DNA of 64,000 nucleotides from Candidatus Geocrenenecus huangii (GCA_023254095.1 JALNLM010000001.1:1-64000); one strand, 5' to 3'. Positions 48,241 to 58,920 are shown, counted from the first letter of the stretch. Translations and numbers: made by a program. The notes: generated by a model not told the origin, from the letters alone.

Positions 48241-51200
48241 GCTTCAACTTTAATCATCTTGATCTCCTCAACCTGTTTCCTTAATTCTCTCAGTACATGT
48301 TGATAGTCTAGATCTCCCATCTCGATCTTATCCATGGTCAGCTCAAGCTGCCTAGTCACTTCTTCTGAAACGTATTCTCCAAAATATTCTTTCAAGTACG
48401 AATAAATTGATATCCCCTTGCTTGTAGGAATAAGCTTACCTTTCTTCTCGAAAACATAACCTCTATCAAACAAGACTTGCACAATCCTACTATATGTACT
48501 AGGCCTACCTATCCCTCTTTCTTTCATTAAAGCTATTATGTCTCCTTCACTGTAGAGCCAAGCTGCCGGGATCTTCCTTACTTCAACATTTTTGACATTA
48601 TATTCTCCCTCAACTATTTTTCTCCCTGTTCTTATTATTGGAAAAACCTTGTTGAAGCCGTGCTCAACTATCTCTACATTTTTATCGACTTCGACTTCCA
48701 TCCCATCCAATTCCACCTTGTACCTCTGGATAACTAGTCTAGCAGCTGGGAGTTGGCTGGCTATGAATCTTCTAAAGATCAATTCGTAGAGTCTTAAGTG
48801 ACTATTGGTTAGTTTGACTGATGGTTTTATCAACCCTATCCTGACGTAGTGGGATAGCTTGTTCACATCAATTGGTTTAACAGGTCTAATGCATTCATGC
48901 GCTCCTTCTCTCCAATATGTTTTGGGAGTGAAAACTCCAATATTCATCATTTCTATGTATTCTTTGGCTACGTTCAAACCAGTCGTTGAGACAGTAGTAG
49001 AATCTGTTCTATGATATGTTATGAGACCGCTCTCGAAGAGATCTTGGGCAAGTTTCATAACCTCGACTACTGGGAGACCTAGCTGAGTAAAAGCATCTTT
49101 TAAGAGAGAATCAGTAGTGTATGGGGGTAATGGTGGAACTTCCACTATTTCTTCTCTCAAGTCTTTTACTAGTGCTTTAAGCTCTCCACGCTTGTACTTC
49201 TCTAGGACGTACTCCAATCTAGACGGGTTCTCGAAAATTACTTCTACCCCATTCTCCAATAAGGCATATAGGAGAATCTTCTTGTTCCTATGTTGTTTGT
49301 ATCTTTCGATTATCCATCCCAGCACAGGTGTTTGAACCCTGCCAGCCGACAAGGTCTTTATCTTAAATCTGTCCCATAGCTTCCTACTTAGTTCAAATCC
49401 AAGCCATCTATCTTCTATCCTTCTAACTAGCTGGGATTCAACCAGCGGGATAGAGATTTTCGACTTATTGTTTAATGCATGGATTAACGCTCTTCTCGTG
49501 ACCTCGTGGAATTCTAACCGATATATGTTTGGATTATAGGGGGCTATAGATGAATAAATATCGTATGCAATCTTCTCTCCCTCAGCATCGGGATCCGTTG
49601 CGATATATACTTCATTAACCTCCAGAGCAATTTTTCTCAAAGCATCTATGATGTCTTTTTTTGAACTAATATCATCTGAGTTGCATGAGGGGCAACTATC
49701 GCTTTCTACAAATTGGTATCCGCACTTATTGCATTTCTTGATCGGCGCGAATACCGGGATGTATTTATCATACTCTTCTAAGACTCCGTGAAATCCGGGC
49801 ATTATAGATAATTCTGTTATATGACCCATACTTGCAGCGACCTGTATTACGAGGTTTGATGTACTTGTTTCATAGACAGGTATGCCTTCAACCTCTCTTC
49901 TATATGGTCTACCAAAGAATCTTGCGAACGTTTTTGCCTTAGTAGGGGACTCAACAATCATCAAAGCCATCTTCATAATATCTTTAGATGGGGGAACTAT
50001 CTTTCCAGCTATTATGTCCTTGATGAGCTGCCTATCCTTATCAACCTCCTTAAAGATTCTCTCGGCTTCTTCCTCACTGTATTTAACCCATTCAAAATCA
50101 TCTAAGAGTATTCGAAGCCTTCTAGTTAAAACCGTGAAGGTTTTCGAGTCGTCAACTAAAACGATGCTTACTCCCTTTGAGATTCCACCTGCATATAGCC
50201 TAGACGTTCTACCGGAAGCCTGGATATATCCTGAAGTATCCGGAATTATCAATGAGAAACCATCATCGTGGAGTTTGACCAGTATCTCCGTTTCTCTTAC
50301 TATCTTTTCTACGAATTCTTGTGTCAAGATCTTCTTCAATGTTCTTCTAGATTGTTCAACTAATTGCTGTACGTACCCTGCGTAGCCTTCAAGTCTAGCT
50401 CCTTTCTCGAACGATTCCTGGATCTTCGTAACTATTTCTTTAGGGACTGGGACTATATTCTTCAGCTTCTGGATTATCTTCATAATCTCCATCTTCAACG
50501 GCTCATCCAATATCTCTACAATATTCGTTAAGAGAGCGAAGATCTTGTTCGGGTTTTCTTCATCTTTTTTTATCTTTATCTCCCTCCTAGGTACACCTAC
50601 GAAGACCGCGTATCTAATTCTTTCAGGTAAATCTATCCCTCTCGCCAGCGGGCTACGGCTGCTCGATATACCTACCAAGACATCATATTCTCCTCTAGTA
50701 AATTTTTCAAGAATATCTTCTTCCATAACTTCGTAAAAGTATGGCTTGATACCTGATATTCTGAGCTTCTCAGATAATTTCCTTGCGTAATCTCTTCCTA
50801 ACGCTGAAGGAACAAAAATGAGGGCTCCACCACCATGTTCTTTCACTAATTCTATAGTCTTCTCTTCAATGTCTCCCTCGACGTTCATGTAGAAATCCAC
50901 TATATTCCTAATGAATTCTGGTTTTGTTCCAAGCTCGAATCCTAGGAGCTCTGAGAATATGTATATACGCTTCGTTTTTCTAGGGCGTATAGTTGCGCCT
51001 GTGACTACAAGTATCCCATGCCTTTTCTGTCTTTCTCTAATGATTTCATTCCTCAATTCTTCATATTCAGCTATGAGATCACTACTGCTCTGATGGGCTA
51101 ACCTCTTCTTAACCTCTACGAGTCTCATAACTGTGTCAATTATCTTGGGGTCGAACCCTAATAATGAAACAACCTTATCGATGTTTTTCGGAGACTTCAA

Positions 51201-51860
51201 GAAAGAGTCTACGTCATCTACAAAAATGTAGTCGAAGTTAGCGTCGTTGAGTAGGTCAATCCTGTCAACTAGGAATCTATCAGTTGTAATAAGTAGCTTA
51301 TAATCTTTTGACTCAATTTTTCTTAATGCTTCTTCTCTCTTATTCCTCGGCATACCTGCATGGTAGTAGACTATGTAGTCGGTTGGTATATCCAGCTTCT
51401 CAGCCATGGCGATAGCTTTCTCTGATACTTGCTCAACCAGCATAGAGCTCGGCAGCATCAGGTAACATCTACTCTTCTCGTACTTTACAAGATGCAGAGC
51501 CATGACAGTGCAGAAGACTGTCTTACCTATTCCTGTGGGAGCCACGATAGTGAAATTTTCTTTTAGGAATACTCTCCTAGCCCAAACCTCCTGTAAAGCC
51601 CACGGCTTAAAGCCAGTAGCTTTTGTAAAAGTTTCCCTAAACTTCTCCGTTAAATCTTCAATCTCAGCTATGATTCTGTATTTACGTAGTTTCCTGGTTT
51701 TCCTAAGAGCTTCCACTACGTCTGATGGTGAAAAACTATCAAGATGGCTTGGTAGGCATTCTCTACATACTCCGACCGTCTTTAAACGAGCATCATCTAT
51801 GCCTCCACCGCAGTTAGGACATAGATCTTGATAGATTATCCTAGTTTCTGATTCATCCAT
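48237..51860 (-). CDS. rgy: Reverse gyrase
   Basis: N-terminal CPNCGG Zn finger, APTGIGKT, VDDVD, YIQASGRTSR, VESPTKA, LSAGRVQTP, ITYHRTD and GIGRPSTY motifs. Confidence 0.98.
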   Translation of the reverse strand: MDESETRIIYQDLCPNCGGGIDDARLKTVGVCRECLPSHLDSFSPSDVVEALRKTRKLRKYRIIAEIEDLTEKFRETFTKATGFKPWALQEVWARRVFLKENFTIVAPTGIGKTVFCTVMALHLVKYEKSRCYLMLPSSMLVEQVSEKAIAMAEKLDIPTDYIVYYHAGMPRNKREEALRKIESKDYKLLITTDRFLVDRIDLLNDANFDYIFVDDVDSFLKSPKNIDKVVSLLGFDPKIIDTVMRLVEVKKRLAHQSSSDLIAEYEELRNEIIRERQKRHGILVVTGATIRPRKTKRIYIFSELLGFELGTKPEFIRNIVDFYMNVEGDIEEKTIELVKEHGGGALIFVPSALGRDYARKLSEKLRISGIKPYFYEVMEEDILEKFTRGEYDVLVGISSSRSPLARGIDLPERIRYAVFVGVPRREIKIKKDEENPNKIFALLTNIVEILDEPLKMEIMKIIQKLKNIVPVPKEIVTKIQESFEKGARLEGYAGYVQQLVEQSRRTLKKILTQEFVEKIVRETEILVKLHDDGFSLIIPDTSGYIQASGRTSRLYAGGISKGVSIVLVDDSKTFTVLTRRLRILLDDFEWVKYSEEEAERIFKEVDKDRQLIKDIIAGKIVPPSKDIMKMALMIVESPTKAKTFARFFGRPYRREVEGIPVYETSTSNLVIQVAASMGHITELSIMPGFHGVLEEYDKYIPVFAPIKKCNKCGYQFVESDSCPSCNSDDISSKKDIIDALRKIALEVNEVYIATDPDAEGEKIAYDIYSSIAPYNPNIYRLEFHEVTRRALIHALNNKSKISIPLVESQLVRRIEDRWLGFELSRKLWDRFKIKTLSAGRVQTPVLGWIIERYKQHRNKKILLYALLENGVEVIFENPSRLEYVLEKYKRGELKALVKDLREEIVEVPPLPPYTTDSLLKDAFTQLGLPVVEVMKLAQDLFESGLITYHRTDSTTVSTTGLNVAKEYIEMMNIGVFTPKTYWREGAHECIRPVKPIDVNKLSHYVRIGLIKPSVKLTNSHLRLYELIFRRFIASQLPAARLVIQRYKVELDGMEVEVDKNVEIVEHGFNKVFPIIRTGRKIVEGEYNVKNVEVRKIPAAWLYSEGDIIALMKERGIGRPSTYSRIVQVLFDRGYVFEKKGKLIPTSKGISIYSYLKEYFGEYVSEEVTRQLELTMDKIEMGDLDYQHVLRELRKQVEEIKMIKVEA

Positions 51861-51975
51861 TCCCTATCATGAAAGATAGAATTATGATTAAAACTTTCCT
51901 AGATCTTCCGAAACATTAAATGACTGCATATATTGAAGAGAAGCATTTATTTATTTCCTCAGACATATAAATTAC

Positions 51976-52215
51976 ATGCCTTCAGCGTTCGTATTGATAA
52001 ATACTGAGATCGGGGCAGAAGAGGAAATACTTCAAGAATTGAAGAAGATACCTAGTGTAAAAGAGGCTTACGTTGTTTACGGAGTATACGATATTATAGC
52101 GAGGGTTGAAGCAGAAAACATGGATAAACTTAAAGAAATAATATCATGGAAGATAAGAAGACTGGATAAAGTTCGAAGTACACTAACAATGTTGGTAGTT
52201 ACTGGAGAGAGCTAA
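51976..52215 (+). CDS. Stand-alone Lrp/AsnC ligand-binding (RAM) domain protein
   Basis: AFVLIN...G.E, V.EAY.VYG.YDII and VRST.TM motifs; no HTH. Confidence 0.9.
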   Translation: MPSAFVLINTEIGAEEEILQELKKIPSVKEAYVVYGVYDIIARVEAENMDKLKEIISWKIRRLDKVRSTLTMLVVTGES

Positions 52216-53454
52216 AGGCTTCGATAAATGTCTTCTAGCTGAAGCAGGTACTTCATAGATGCCTGGAGAGATTTTCCTCCGTATCATAATAACTTCCTGA
52301 CTGCTTGAAAGAGTCTTACAAGCCTTACATACGTATCCTTGCTCATTAATCTTCTCCATCCTTTTTCTACATACAGGACATCTCGGCTGCCTAACGATAC
52401 TTAACTCTACCAGAGACTTAACATGAATCTTCTCGAGATTTAATGTAAAAGCTTGAGTTTTCCTCTTCACTGCGCCGTAGACTGTTATTCTATCACCAGG
52501 CTCTAATTCCACAATCACGTGTCTGAAGCTCTTTGTCGGCTCGTAGGCAGCGCATGTTATCTCTCCCGTTTCATCTTCTAGGGTAAAGAAGACGTGGCCC
52601 CCCATTGTAAACCTTGGTTTAGTCTTCACAATCCCGTCGATGATGACTGAAATGTTTTCTCTGACGTCGGCTATCTTCATTGGTTGGAGATGAGCGTCTG
52701 TTCCCTGGTTAGTTTCGAAGATTGTATAGAACTCGACAGGCTCGTATATTCTCAGCATCTTGTATGCTTCCTCCACGATGCTAGGTGTTACCCCCCTAAT
52801 GCCGAGAAGGACAGGGCACGGAGTATGAGGGGTGATTCTTATTTCTCCTGTCTCCTCATCAACATTATCGAATGTTAGAGGATATGTTTTCTCATTCATC
52901 AACCATACACTCTTCGGGTCTACGAGTCTAACCGTCCCCCAGTATTCCTTCTTTCTATGAGCAATCAGCTCGTACGTCTTCTCCATAGTTAGGTCAGCGC
53001 CTATAGCTGCAAGAGCACCTATAACTCCTCTACCCTTATTCCATCTAAGTAATCTAGTCTCATTATTCAAGGCAATCTTCTCCGCTTCTTCTATCGTAGA
53101 AAGATCTCTAACGACATGCCAGTAATATTTTCTAATCTCCTCACTTGGCTCACCGACCAAGATTATGGCCCCCGGGTCTGTTCCCTCGATATCGAGGTCA
53201 GCGTATTCTTCGATTACCTTAAACACTAGGTCTTCAAGTAGTTCAATCTTGTCTGCCCGAACAGGTAACGCTACAGCCGCATTCCCTCTAGTCTTGTATG
53301 GACAGTTCGGGTTAAGCCTAATAAGCCTGGGATAACCATCCAACCCGTATCCTGCATCTTCTATCCTTCTGATAAGTACTGCTCCAACGTAGGTTGTACA
53401 TCCACCTCTCCTGGAATCAGTATCATCTATCCCTATCCAGACCCTCTTCTCCAT
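52183..53454 (-). CDS. tiaS: tRNA(Ile2) agmatinylcytidine synthetase
   Basis: IGIDDTDS..GGCTT, RLNPN.P.KTRGN, GRG.IGA, NQGTDAH, AYEPT, a Zn ribbon and ARRHLSKP. Confidence 0.97.
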   Translation of the reverse strand: MEKRVWIGIDDTDSRRGGCTTYVGAVLIRRIEDAGYGLDGYPRLIRLNPNCPYKTRGNAAVALPVRADKIELLEDLVFKVIEEYADLDIEGTDPGAIILVGEPSEEIRKYYWHVVRDLSTIEEAEKIALNNETRLLRWNKGRGVIGALAAIGADLTMEKTYELIAHRKKEYWGTVRLVDPKSVWLMNEKTYPLTFDNVDEETGEIRITPHTPCPVLLGIRGVTPSIVEEAYKMLRIYEPVEFYTIFETNQGTDAHLQPMKIADVRENISVIIDGIVKTKPRFTMGGHVFFTLEDETGEITCAAYEPTKSFRHVIVELEPGDRITVYGAVKRKTQAFTLNLEKIHVKSLVELSIVRQPRCPVCRKRMEKINEQGYVCKACKTLSSSQEVIMIRRKISPGIYEVPASARRHLSKPLALSSNYQHC

Positions 53455-53598
53455 CCTAGTCTTTCATCATTATCACCTCTAAGGAAATTAATTAAGATAG
53501 AATATCAGTGGCCCAGCCCTCCTACTTAAACAGTAGAGTTTCGAGAACATTAATATCATTCTCATGAAAACATTTTAATGGATTGTAGATGAAGCTTC

Positions 53599-54492
53599 AT
53601 GAAGGTTAAGATCGCCTTTTTAGCTCATAGAATAGAGTTCCTAGACCTTCTCGAAAAAGAGATCGGTGAATGTGATTCCATAATTCTAGAGGAGCCGAGT
53701 GATCTCTATCTGGAGAGATTTCTAAATGGAGATATAAGCGTAGAGGAATACGTAACATACTCTGATGCAAACTTTCCCCGCTACATGTTTCACCAAGCAC
53801 AACTTTTAAAGAATCTCTACATTAAGGGTTTAAAGATATTGCAGGTCGAGCCTTATCTAGAGATAATAGAGAGAATACATATGTCGATAAAAGTGGGAAA
53901 ATTCAAAGAATATACTAGCGACCCAGAGGTCGGGAGAGTTCTAAGAACTGAGAAGGAAGCAGTTGGAAAACTCATCGAGTTTCAAGAAGAATTGATGAGG
54001 GGAAAATTTGATCATGTAGTAGAAAAGGTGATACAATTCGTTATCAAAGATTCTGAGAGATTTAAGTTAAGAGATTACATGAGAGCAGCCGCGATCTCTA
54101 AGCTTGAGGAAGATGGAAGAGTCCTTGTTGAGGCTGGATATCTACACGTACTCTTACCAGTATTCCTGGAAAAATTAAACATAGAAGTAGAGACTGTAAA
54201 CTTGGTTGAGAAGGCGTGCAGAATAATAAATCAAGAGTACTGTGAGAATCCGGGCGATAGTCTTACTAAAGCATTTATTTTAAACCAGACGATAAGCGGA
54301 GATGCAAGACTACTGGCTGCTCAATCACTAGTATACACATCTCTTGTAAGTAAAGATGAAAAACTTCCAACACCTGAAAACCTCTTTCCTCATCTGGTAG
54401 AAGAGATCAATCTAGCAAAAAAGATAAGGAAGATGAATTATGATGAGTGCAAAAGAGAATTCCAAAAATTATTTAGAAGAAATCAATCTTAA
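53599..54492 (+). CDS. Hypothetical protein, possibly TIKI/TraB/EreA-like fold
   Basis: 297-aa ORF filling the gap; H...EE and RD.MRA...VLVEAGYLH patterns. Confidence 0.65.
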   Translation: MKVKIAFLAHRIEFLDLLEKEIGECDSIILEEPSDLYLERFLNGDISVEEYVTYSDANFPRYMFHQAQLLKNLYIKGLKILQVEPYLEIIERIHMSIKVGKFKEYTSDPEVGRVLRTEKEAVGKLIEFQEELMRGKFDHVVEKVIQFVIKDSERFKLRDYMRAAAISKLEEDGRVLVEAGYLHVLLPVFLEKLNIEVETVNLVEKACRIINQEYCENPGDSLTKAFILNQTISGDARLLAAQSLVYTSLVSKDEKLPTPENLFPHLVEEINLAKKIRKMNYDECKREFQKLFRRNQS

Positions 54493-54550
54493 GCATCGAA
54501 GATGTAACCTATATTAAGACCCCCACAATAATATATTTACTGGAGGAAAA

Positions 54551-54626
54551 AGCGGGGTAGGGTAGCCAGGGCGAACCCGCCGGGCTCATAACCCGGAGAA
54601 CGCTGGTTCAAATCCAGCCCCCGCTA
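54551..54626 (+). tRNA. Initiator tRNA-Met(CAT)
   Basis: AGCGGGG/CCCCGCT acceptor stem with A1:U72; anticodon arm CCGGG-CTCATAA-CCCGG with three G-C pairs; T arm GCTGG-TTCAAAT-CCAGC. Confidence 0.96.
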
Positions 54627-54770
54627 ACTACTTCATGTTAACTAATGCCGCCATGTAAAAATTATGAGTTGTCCTTTCTTAAGATATTTAACTTTCTGAG
54701 TCATCCTCTTGATAAAGAGGTTGGAGAACTCGGTTGACTTATAATTTTAAATTCAGTCTATCCATTATCT

Positions 54771-55298
54771 ATGAGTGTGGTAATGAGTGTTGAGCCATTA
54801 CATGCACAAGCATTTTTCAGAGTAGATACTTCGGGACTTTTCTCAGAGATACTAATCTTTGACTATTATGATAATGCGCATTACTACTATAGTCTAATTG
54901 AAGATGAAGATGGATATGGAAGGGAGATGGAAAGACTCCTAAACGTTATGAATGAGTTTTTAAGAGAAGAGAAAGTGCTGGTGAATGACGAGGAGGTAGG
55001 AGTCGAGGCATTATTGGTAGACCTAGATTTTAGAGGCTCTCCCGAACTCCCAACTATAACCTACCTGATAGAATTCTACACCAAGTTGTGCAGTGGGTTA
55101 AACAAGTATGAGTGCCATTATGAAATGGGATTAGCCGAATATGATTATGAAGTTTACTGGATCCTACCTTCTGAGGCGAGAATAGTGGAAGTAGAAATAT
55201 CTGGAGAATATGAGATATTAGATGATAGGATAATGGTCGCGAAGATGAGGAGGGGAGAACCCTACAACGGATATGAAAAGATAGTATTCAAGCTTTAG
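54771..55298 (+). CDS. Hypothetical acidic protein
   Basis: 175-aa ORF filling the gap, rich in Glu, Asp and Tyr; no function recognised. Confidence 0.75.
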   Translation: MSVVMSVEPLHAQAFFRVDTSGLFSEILIFDYYDNAHYYYSLIEDEDGYGREMERLLNVMNEFLREEKVLVNDEEVGVEALLVDLDFRGSPELPTITYLIEFYTKLCSGLNKYECHYEMGLAEYDYEVYWILPSEARIVEVEISGEYEILDDRIMVAKMRRGEPYNGYEKIVFKL

Positions 55299-55329
55299 AA
55301 AATCATATACATTATTAGTAAAGAAGTAT

Positions 55330-56403
55330 TTATCGTTTTTCAGCTTCTTTTATTCTCTTCATGATCTCCTCGATCCTATTCTTTGGAAGAGTTAATGCAG
55401 GCTTCTCTGGTAGAAGTCCCTGAGGTCTAAATAACACCATCACTATAATTACCAACCCTACTAAGATGTACTCAAACCATTGAGGGCTGATAGGTATGAA
55501 GGCCGTCATCTCCGTCTTGTATGAATATATCATTGTTCTCAATACTGAGAAGGCGAATACTCCAACCAGCATGCCTAAGTTGTTCCCTGTGCCTCCAAGC
55601 ATCATGTAGGCCCATGGCCAGAAAGTCCATGTAAGCCTAGTGTACGTTACTGCTTTGAAGCTACCAGTATATAGAGCCCATAGAGCTCCGCCGATAGCGG
55701 CGAGAGCTCCACCAACAATTAATGCTTGCGCTCTTAATCTAACAATATCCTTACCGTATACTGCTGCTGCAATCTCGGAATCTCTCATTGCTTTTAATGC
55801 TCTCCCAAAAGGAGACCTTATCAGTCTTTCAACAAATATGAACGCTAATAATCCGAATCCGATTAGGATTAGGATTACTCCAAAGTATCTTTCTGGGCCT
55901 ACACCAATCCATCTGAAAACGTCTGGTACGTTTACTCCCTGTGTCCCTCCTGCTATCGATTCAACATTCCATGCTATAGTATTCAGCACGTCTCCAAAAG
56001 CGAGCAAAGTTATTCCTAGATATGCTTCTTTCAATCTTAGAGCAGGGTAAGAGCATATGTATCCTATTATACCACCTAAGATAGCTGCAACAACTAATGT
56101 TAAGAATAGCAGACCGATAGAGAGTGATAAGTTCACCGCTAAAATTCTATTTATCTGGTCAACTATCTTGTAGTTTATCATGTGGTCTGCATACTCGGCT
56201 CCAGCAGGTAACCCGAACATTGAGGCGAGTATCCTTCCGGGAATAGCTGCAGCGACTATTGCACCAGTAATTACTGCAAGAACTCTTCCAAACTGAGATA
56301 TCCCAGCTATTCCAACTTCTAAGTTTAAGCTAACTGTAATTATCAATCCTATCGCAAAGTTTACTAAGATGTTGAGTATTATAGGATGAATCTCTAATAC
56401 CAT
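55330..56403 (-). CDS. livM: Branched-chain amino acid ABC transporter permease
   Basis: SLNL..G.AG...FG, LRLK..YL.I.LL and RSPFGR.LKAMRD motifs; C-terminal RPQGL. Confidence 0.9.
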   Translation of the reverse strand: MVLEIHPIILNILVNFAIGLIITVSLNLEVGIAGISQFGRVLAVITGAIVAAAIPGRILASMFGLPAGAEYADHMINYKIVDQINRILAVNLSLSIGLLFLTLVVAAILGGIIGYICSYPALRLKEAYLGITLLAFGDVLNTIAWNVESIAGGTQGVNVPDVFRWIGVGPERYFGVILILIGFGLLAFIFVERLIRSPFGRALKAMRDSEIAAAVYGKDIVRLRAQALIVGGALAAIGGALWALYTGSFKAVTYTRLTWTFWPWAYMMLGGTGNNLGMLVGVFAFSVLRTMIYSYKTEMTAFIPISPQWFEYILVGLVIIVMVLFRPQGLLPEKPALTLPKNRIEEIMKRIKEAEKR

Positions 56404-56407
56404 TCTT

Positions 56408-57376
56408 TCACACCTCCTCTTTCATTATACCTTGAGGGGGCTTAACCCTAGTAGATTGTGAAGAGAGCCTCTTAATCTTTATACCAGCTAGACCTTGAGG
56501 ATAAAGAAGAAGAGTCAGAACCATTGCGGCTAAGGGTATAACCATTCTGTAGGCCAGAATCCATCCTCCAAGAGTTAATGAAAGCCCCGTGATCCCGAGA
56601 TACTCGCTTAACCCCACTAGGAACCCTCCGAAAAGGCTTCCGAAAACACTTGTTAATCCACCGACTATTGATCCCGCGAACATCGTTACAATGATGGTCA
56701 TGCCGATTACAGGGTAACCGCTTATCGTAATGGATAACAAGCCTCCCCCTAATCCTGCAAGTGCTCCTCCTAGAAACCATGAGAGAACATAAACCTTCTC
56801 TGGATTAATTCCTAGGATAGTAGCTAATGATGTATTCTCAATCGTTGCCCTAACAGCGATACCGAACTTCGTCCTCGTCAAAAACAGATGTAATCCCACA
56901 ATCGTCAAGACAACAACAATTATAGTTATGAACGGGATAGCACGAATACTTGTGCCGTTTACCTCTCCTAGCGAGATGTCTTTTAACTCTAGAACAAAAT
57001 ACCTTGCAGCAAGTTTATGAACTTCGGTCAAGTAATCTGCAAAGATGTTTATGGATGCAAGTAGTATCAGGTCTACGCCTAGAGTAGACATCATGAGTGT
57101 AATCGGCGATGCACCTACCTTTAGTAAATACCTGTTAACTCCAAAGTAGATTATAACACCTATAAGTCCAGAGAATAATGCAGCAAGTGGAACATAGAAG
57201 TAGGGTGTACCTCCAAGTAGAGAGTAACCAGCAAACACTATGTAGAATCCCCATCCAACCATTGATGCATGCGCGAAATTAAATGTTCTCGTCGCCATAT
57301 AGATTAAAGTAATGCCTGCCGCTGTAAGAGCTATCCCTCCAGAATATGCAAAAGCTTTAAGAACTAAGTCAAGCAT
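56408..57376 (-). CDS. livH: Branched-chain amino acid ABC transporter permease
   Basis: G.TLIY.....NFAH, TKFG.A.RA..EN..LA...GIN and GGL.S..G motifs. Confidence 0.9.
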   Translation of the reverse strand: MLDLVLKAFAYSGGIALTAAGITLIYMATRTFNFAHASMVGWGFYIVFAGYSLLGGTPYFYVPLAALFSGLIGVIIYFGVNRYLLKVGASPITLMMSTLGVDLILLASINIFADYLTEVHKLAARYFVLELKDISLGEVNGTSIRAIPFITIIVVVLTIVGLHLFLTRTKFGIAVRATIENTSLATILGINPEKVYVLSWFLGGALAGLGGGLLSITISGYPVIGMTIIVTMFAGSIVGGLTSVFGSLFGGFLVGLSEYLGITGLSLTLGGWILAYRMVIPLAAMVLTLLLYPQGLAGIKIKRLSSQSTRVKPPQGIMKEEV

Positions 57377-57547
57377 TTCGGGATTACCTCAACTTTCATT
57401 AGGATTAGATATTTCATCTAAGCTATAAGAATAGCGTTGACCCTTTGCGTGCACAGATTTCAATCTCTAAGTTCAAGAGGTCAAAAGAAGAAAAATTTTT
57501 AAGCGACGCTTATGTCTCATATCACAAGAAAAGATTGGTGATGAATT

Positions 57548-58867
57548 ATGAATATAGCGGGAGTATCTAAAGCGATGGCTATCGTTCTCCTAGTAATAGG
57601 GTTGATAATAGGAGTTGCTGTAGGATACGTAGTAGCCGGACTTACTGCTGCACCGACTCAGGCAACAGCCGTAGCTCCAGCCTTAAAAGGTGAGGTTGCT
57701 GTAGGTGCTCTTCTTCCGCTTACGGGGGTATTGTCAAGCTACGGAGAAAATGATAAAGCTGCTTTGGAGCTTGCTGAAAAAGAAATAAACGATTGGCTGA
57801 AAGCGAGAGGTGAAGAATGGTATATTAAGCTCTATGTAGAAGATACTGCAACAGACCCTAAGACGGCACTTGATAAATTGATGACCCTACATGGGAAGGG
57901 CATCAAGTTCATAATTGGACCGATGAGTAGCGCTGAAGTCAGTGAAATCAAATCTTATGCAGACACTAACAAGATATTGGTTATTTCTCAATCTTCAACT
58001 AGTCCTGCACTGGCAATCGAAGGCGACTGGGTGTATAGATACATTACGACCGACCTAATACAAGGCCCCGCTGCTGCTAGAGTAGCTTACGATCAAGGAG
58101 TTAGATACTTAGTACAAGTATGGAGAGGAGATACATGGGGAGACGGTCTGGCACGCGCTACTCGTGAAGCCTTCCTGAATATCTTGAAGAAGACAGGAGA
58201 AGCGGGCGATGTTATAGAAGGTGTAAGATACGACCCAGCTGCGAAAGAATTCTCCGCAGAAGTCGCAAAGCTTTCAAGCCTAATAACTGATCTTGCTGGA
58301 AAGTATGGGAAAGATAAGATAGGTATAGATGCTGTGGGATTCGAAGAGATGGTTGCGTTCATAGCTGCAGCGAAAGCATATCCAATACTTTCAGAGGTTA
58401 AATGGGTTGGGTCCGATGGGACCGCGGGCGTTAGCGGTCTAGTTAAAGAAAGAGAACTGGCAGAATTCTGTATCAAGGTCCAGTTCCTCAGCCCTATTGG
58501 CACACCAGGCGTCTCACCGCATACGGAGAAAGTGAAAAAATATGTTAGGGATAAGCTTGGCAGAGATCCAGAACCTTATGCGTACAATTCGTACGATGCA
58601 TTGTGGACTATAGCTTTAGCGATAGATCTTGTAGATAAATACGATTCAGAAGCGGTAAAAGCAATACTCCCCGAAGTCGTAAAGAGGTATATAGGTGCTT
58701 CAGGGTCATTCGAACTCGACAAAGCGGGTGATAGAGCTTATGCAGACTACGAGTTATGGATTCCTTGGACGACCGATACAGGATACGATTGGAAGATAGC
58801 GGGCGTATGGCGGGGAGCAACGGATAAGATAGAATGGGCTGACTGGTGGCTGGCGGCCGTAAAGTAG
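57548..58867 (+). CDS. livK: Branched-chain amino acid ABC transporter substrate-binding protein
   Basis: N-terminal membrane anchor; GALLPLTG, EDT, IGPMSS, SSTSP.L and YDA motifs. Confidence 0.88.
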   Translation: MNIAGVSKAMAIVLLVIGLIIGVAVGYVVAGLTAAPTQATAVAPALKGEVAVGALLPLTGVLSSYGENDKAALELAEKEINDWLKARGEEWYIKLYVEDTATDPKTALDKLMTLHGKGIKFIIGPMSSAEVSEIKSYADTNKILVISQSSTSPALAIEGDWVYRYITTDLIQGPAAARVAYDQGVRYLVQVWRGDTWGDGLARATREAFLNILKKTGEAGDVIEGVRYDPAAKEFSAEVAKLSSLITDLAGKYGKDKIGIDAVGFEEMVAFIAAAKAYPILSEVKWVGSDGTAGVSGLVKERELAEFCIKVQFLSPIGTPGVSPHTEKVKKYVRDKLGRDPEPYAYNSYDALWTIALAIDLVDKYDSEAVKAILPEVVKRYIGASGSFELDKAGDRAYADYELWIPWTTDTGYDWKIAGVWRGATDKIEWADWWLAAVK

Positions 58868-58913
58868 CATGCGTGGAAGGTACTATCAATAAAAAGATAC
58901 TTTTAAATCCCAA

Positions 58914-58920
58914 TTTTTTT
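58914..58920 (+). terminator. Possible oligo-T terminator after the binding-protein gene
   Basis: T7 run about 46 nt downstream of the livK stop and before livG. Confidence 0.3.

Noticed and set aside
26863-51860. Inteins in topA, rtcB, cdc48 or reverse gyrase
   Set aside because: Lengths are normal and there are no intein splice or LAGLIDADG motifs.
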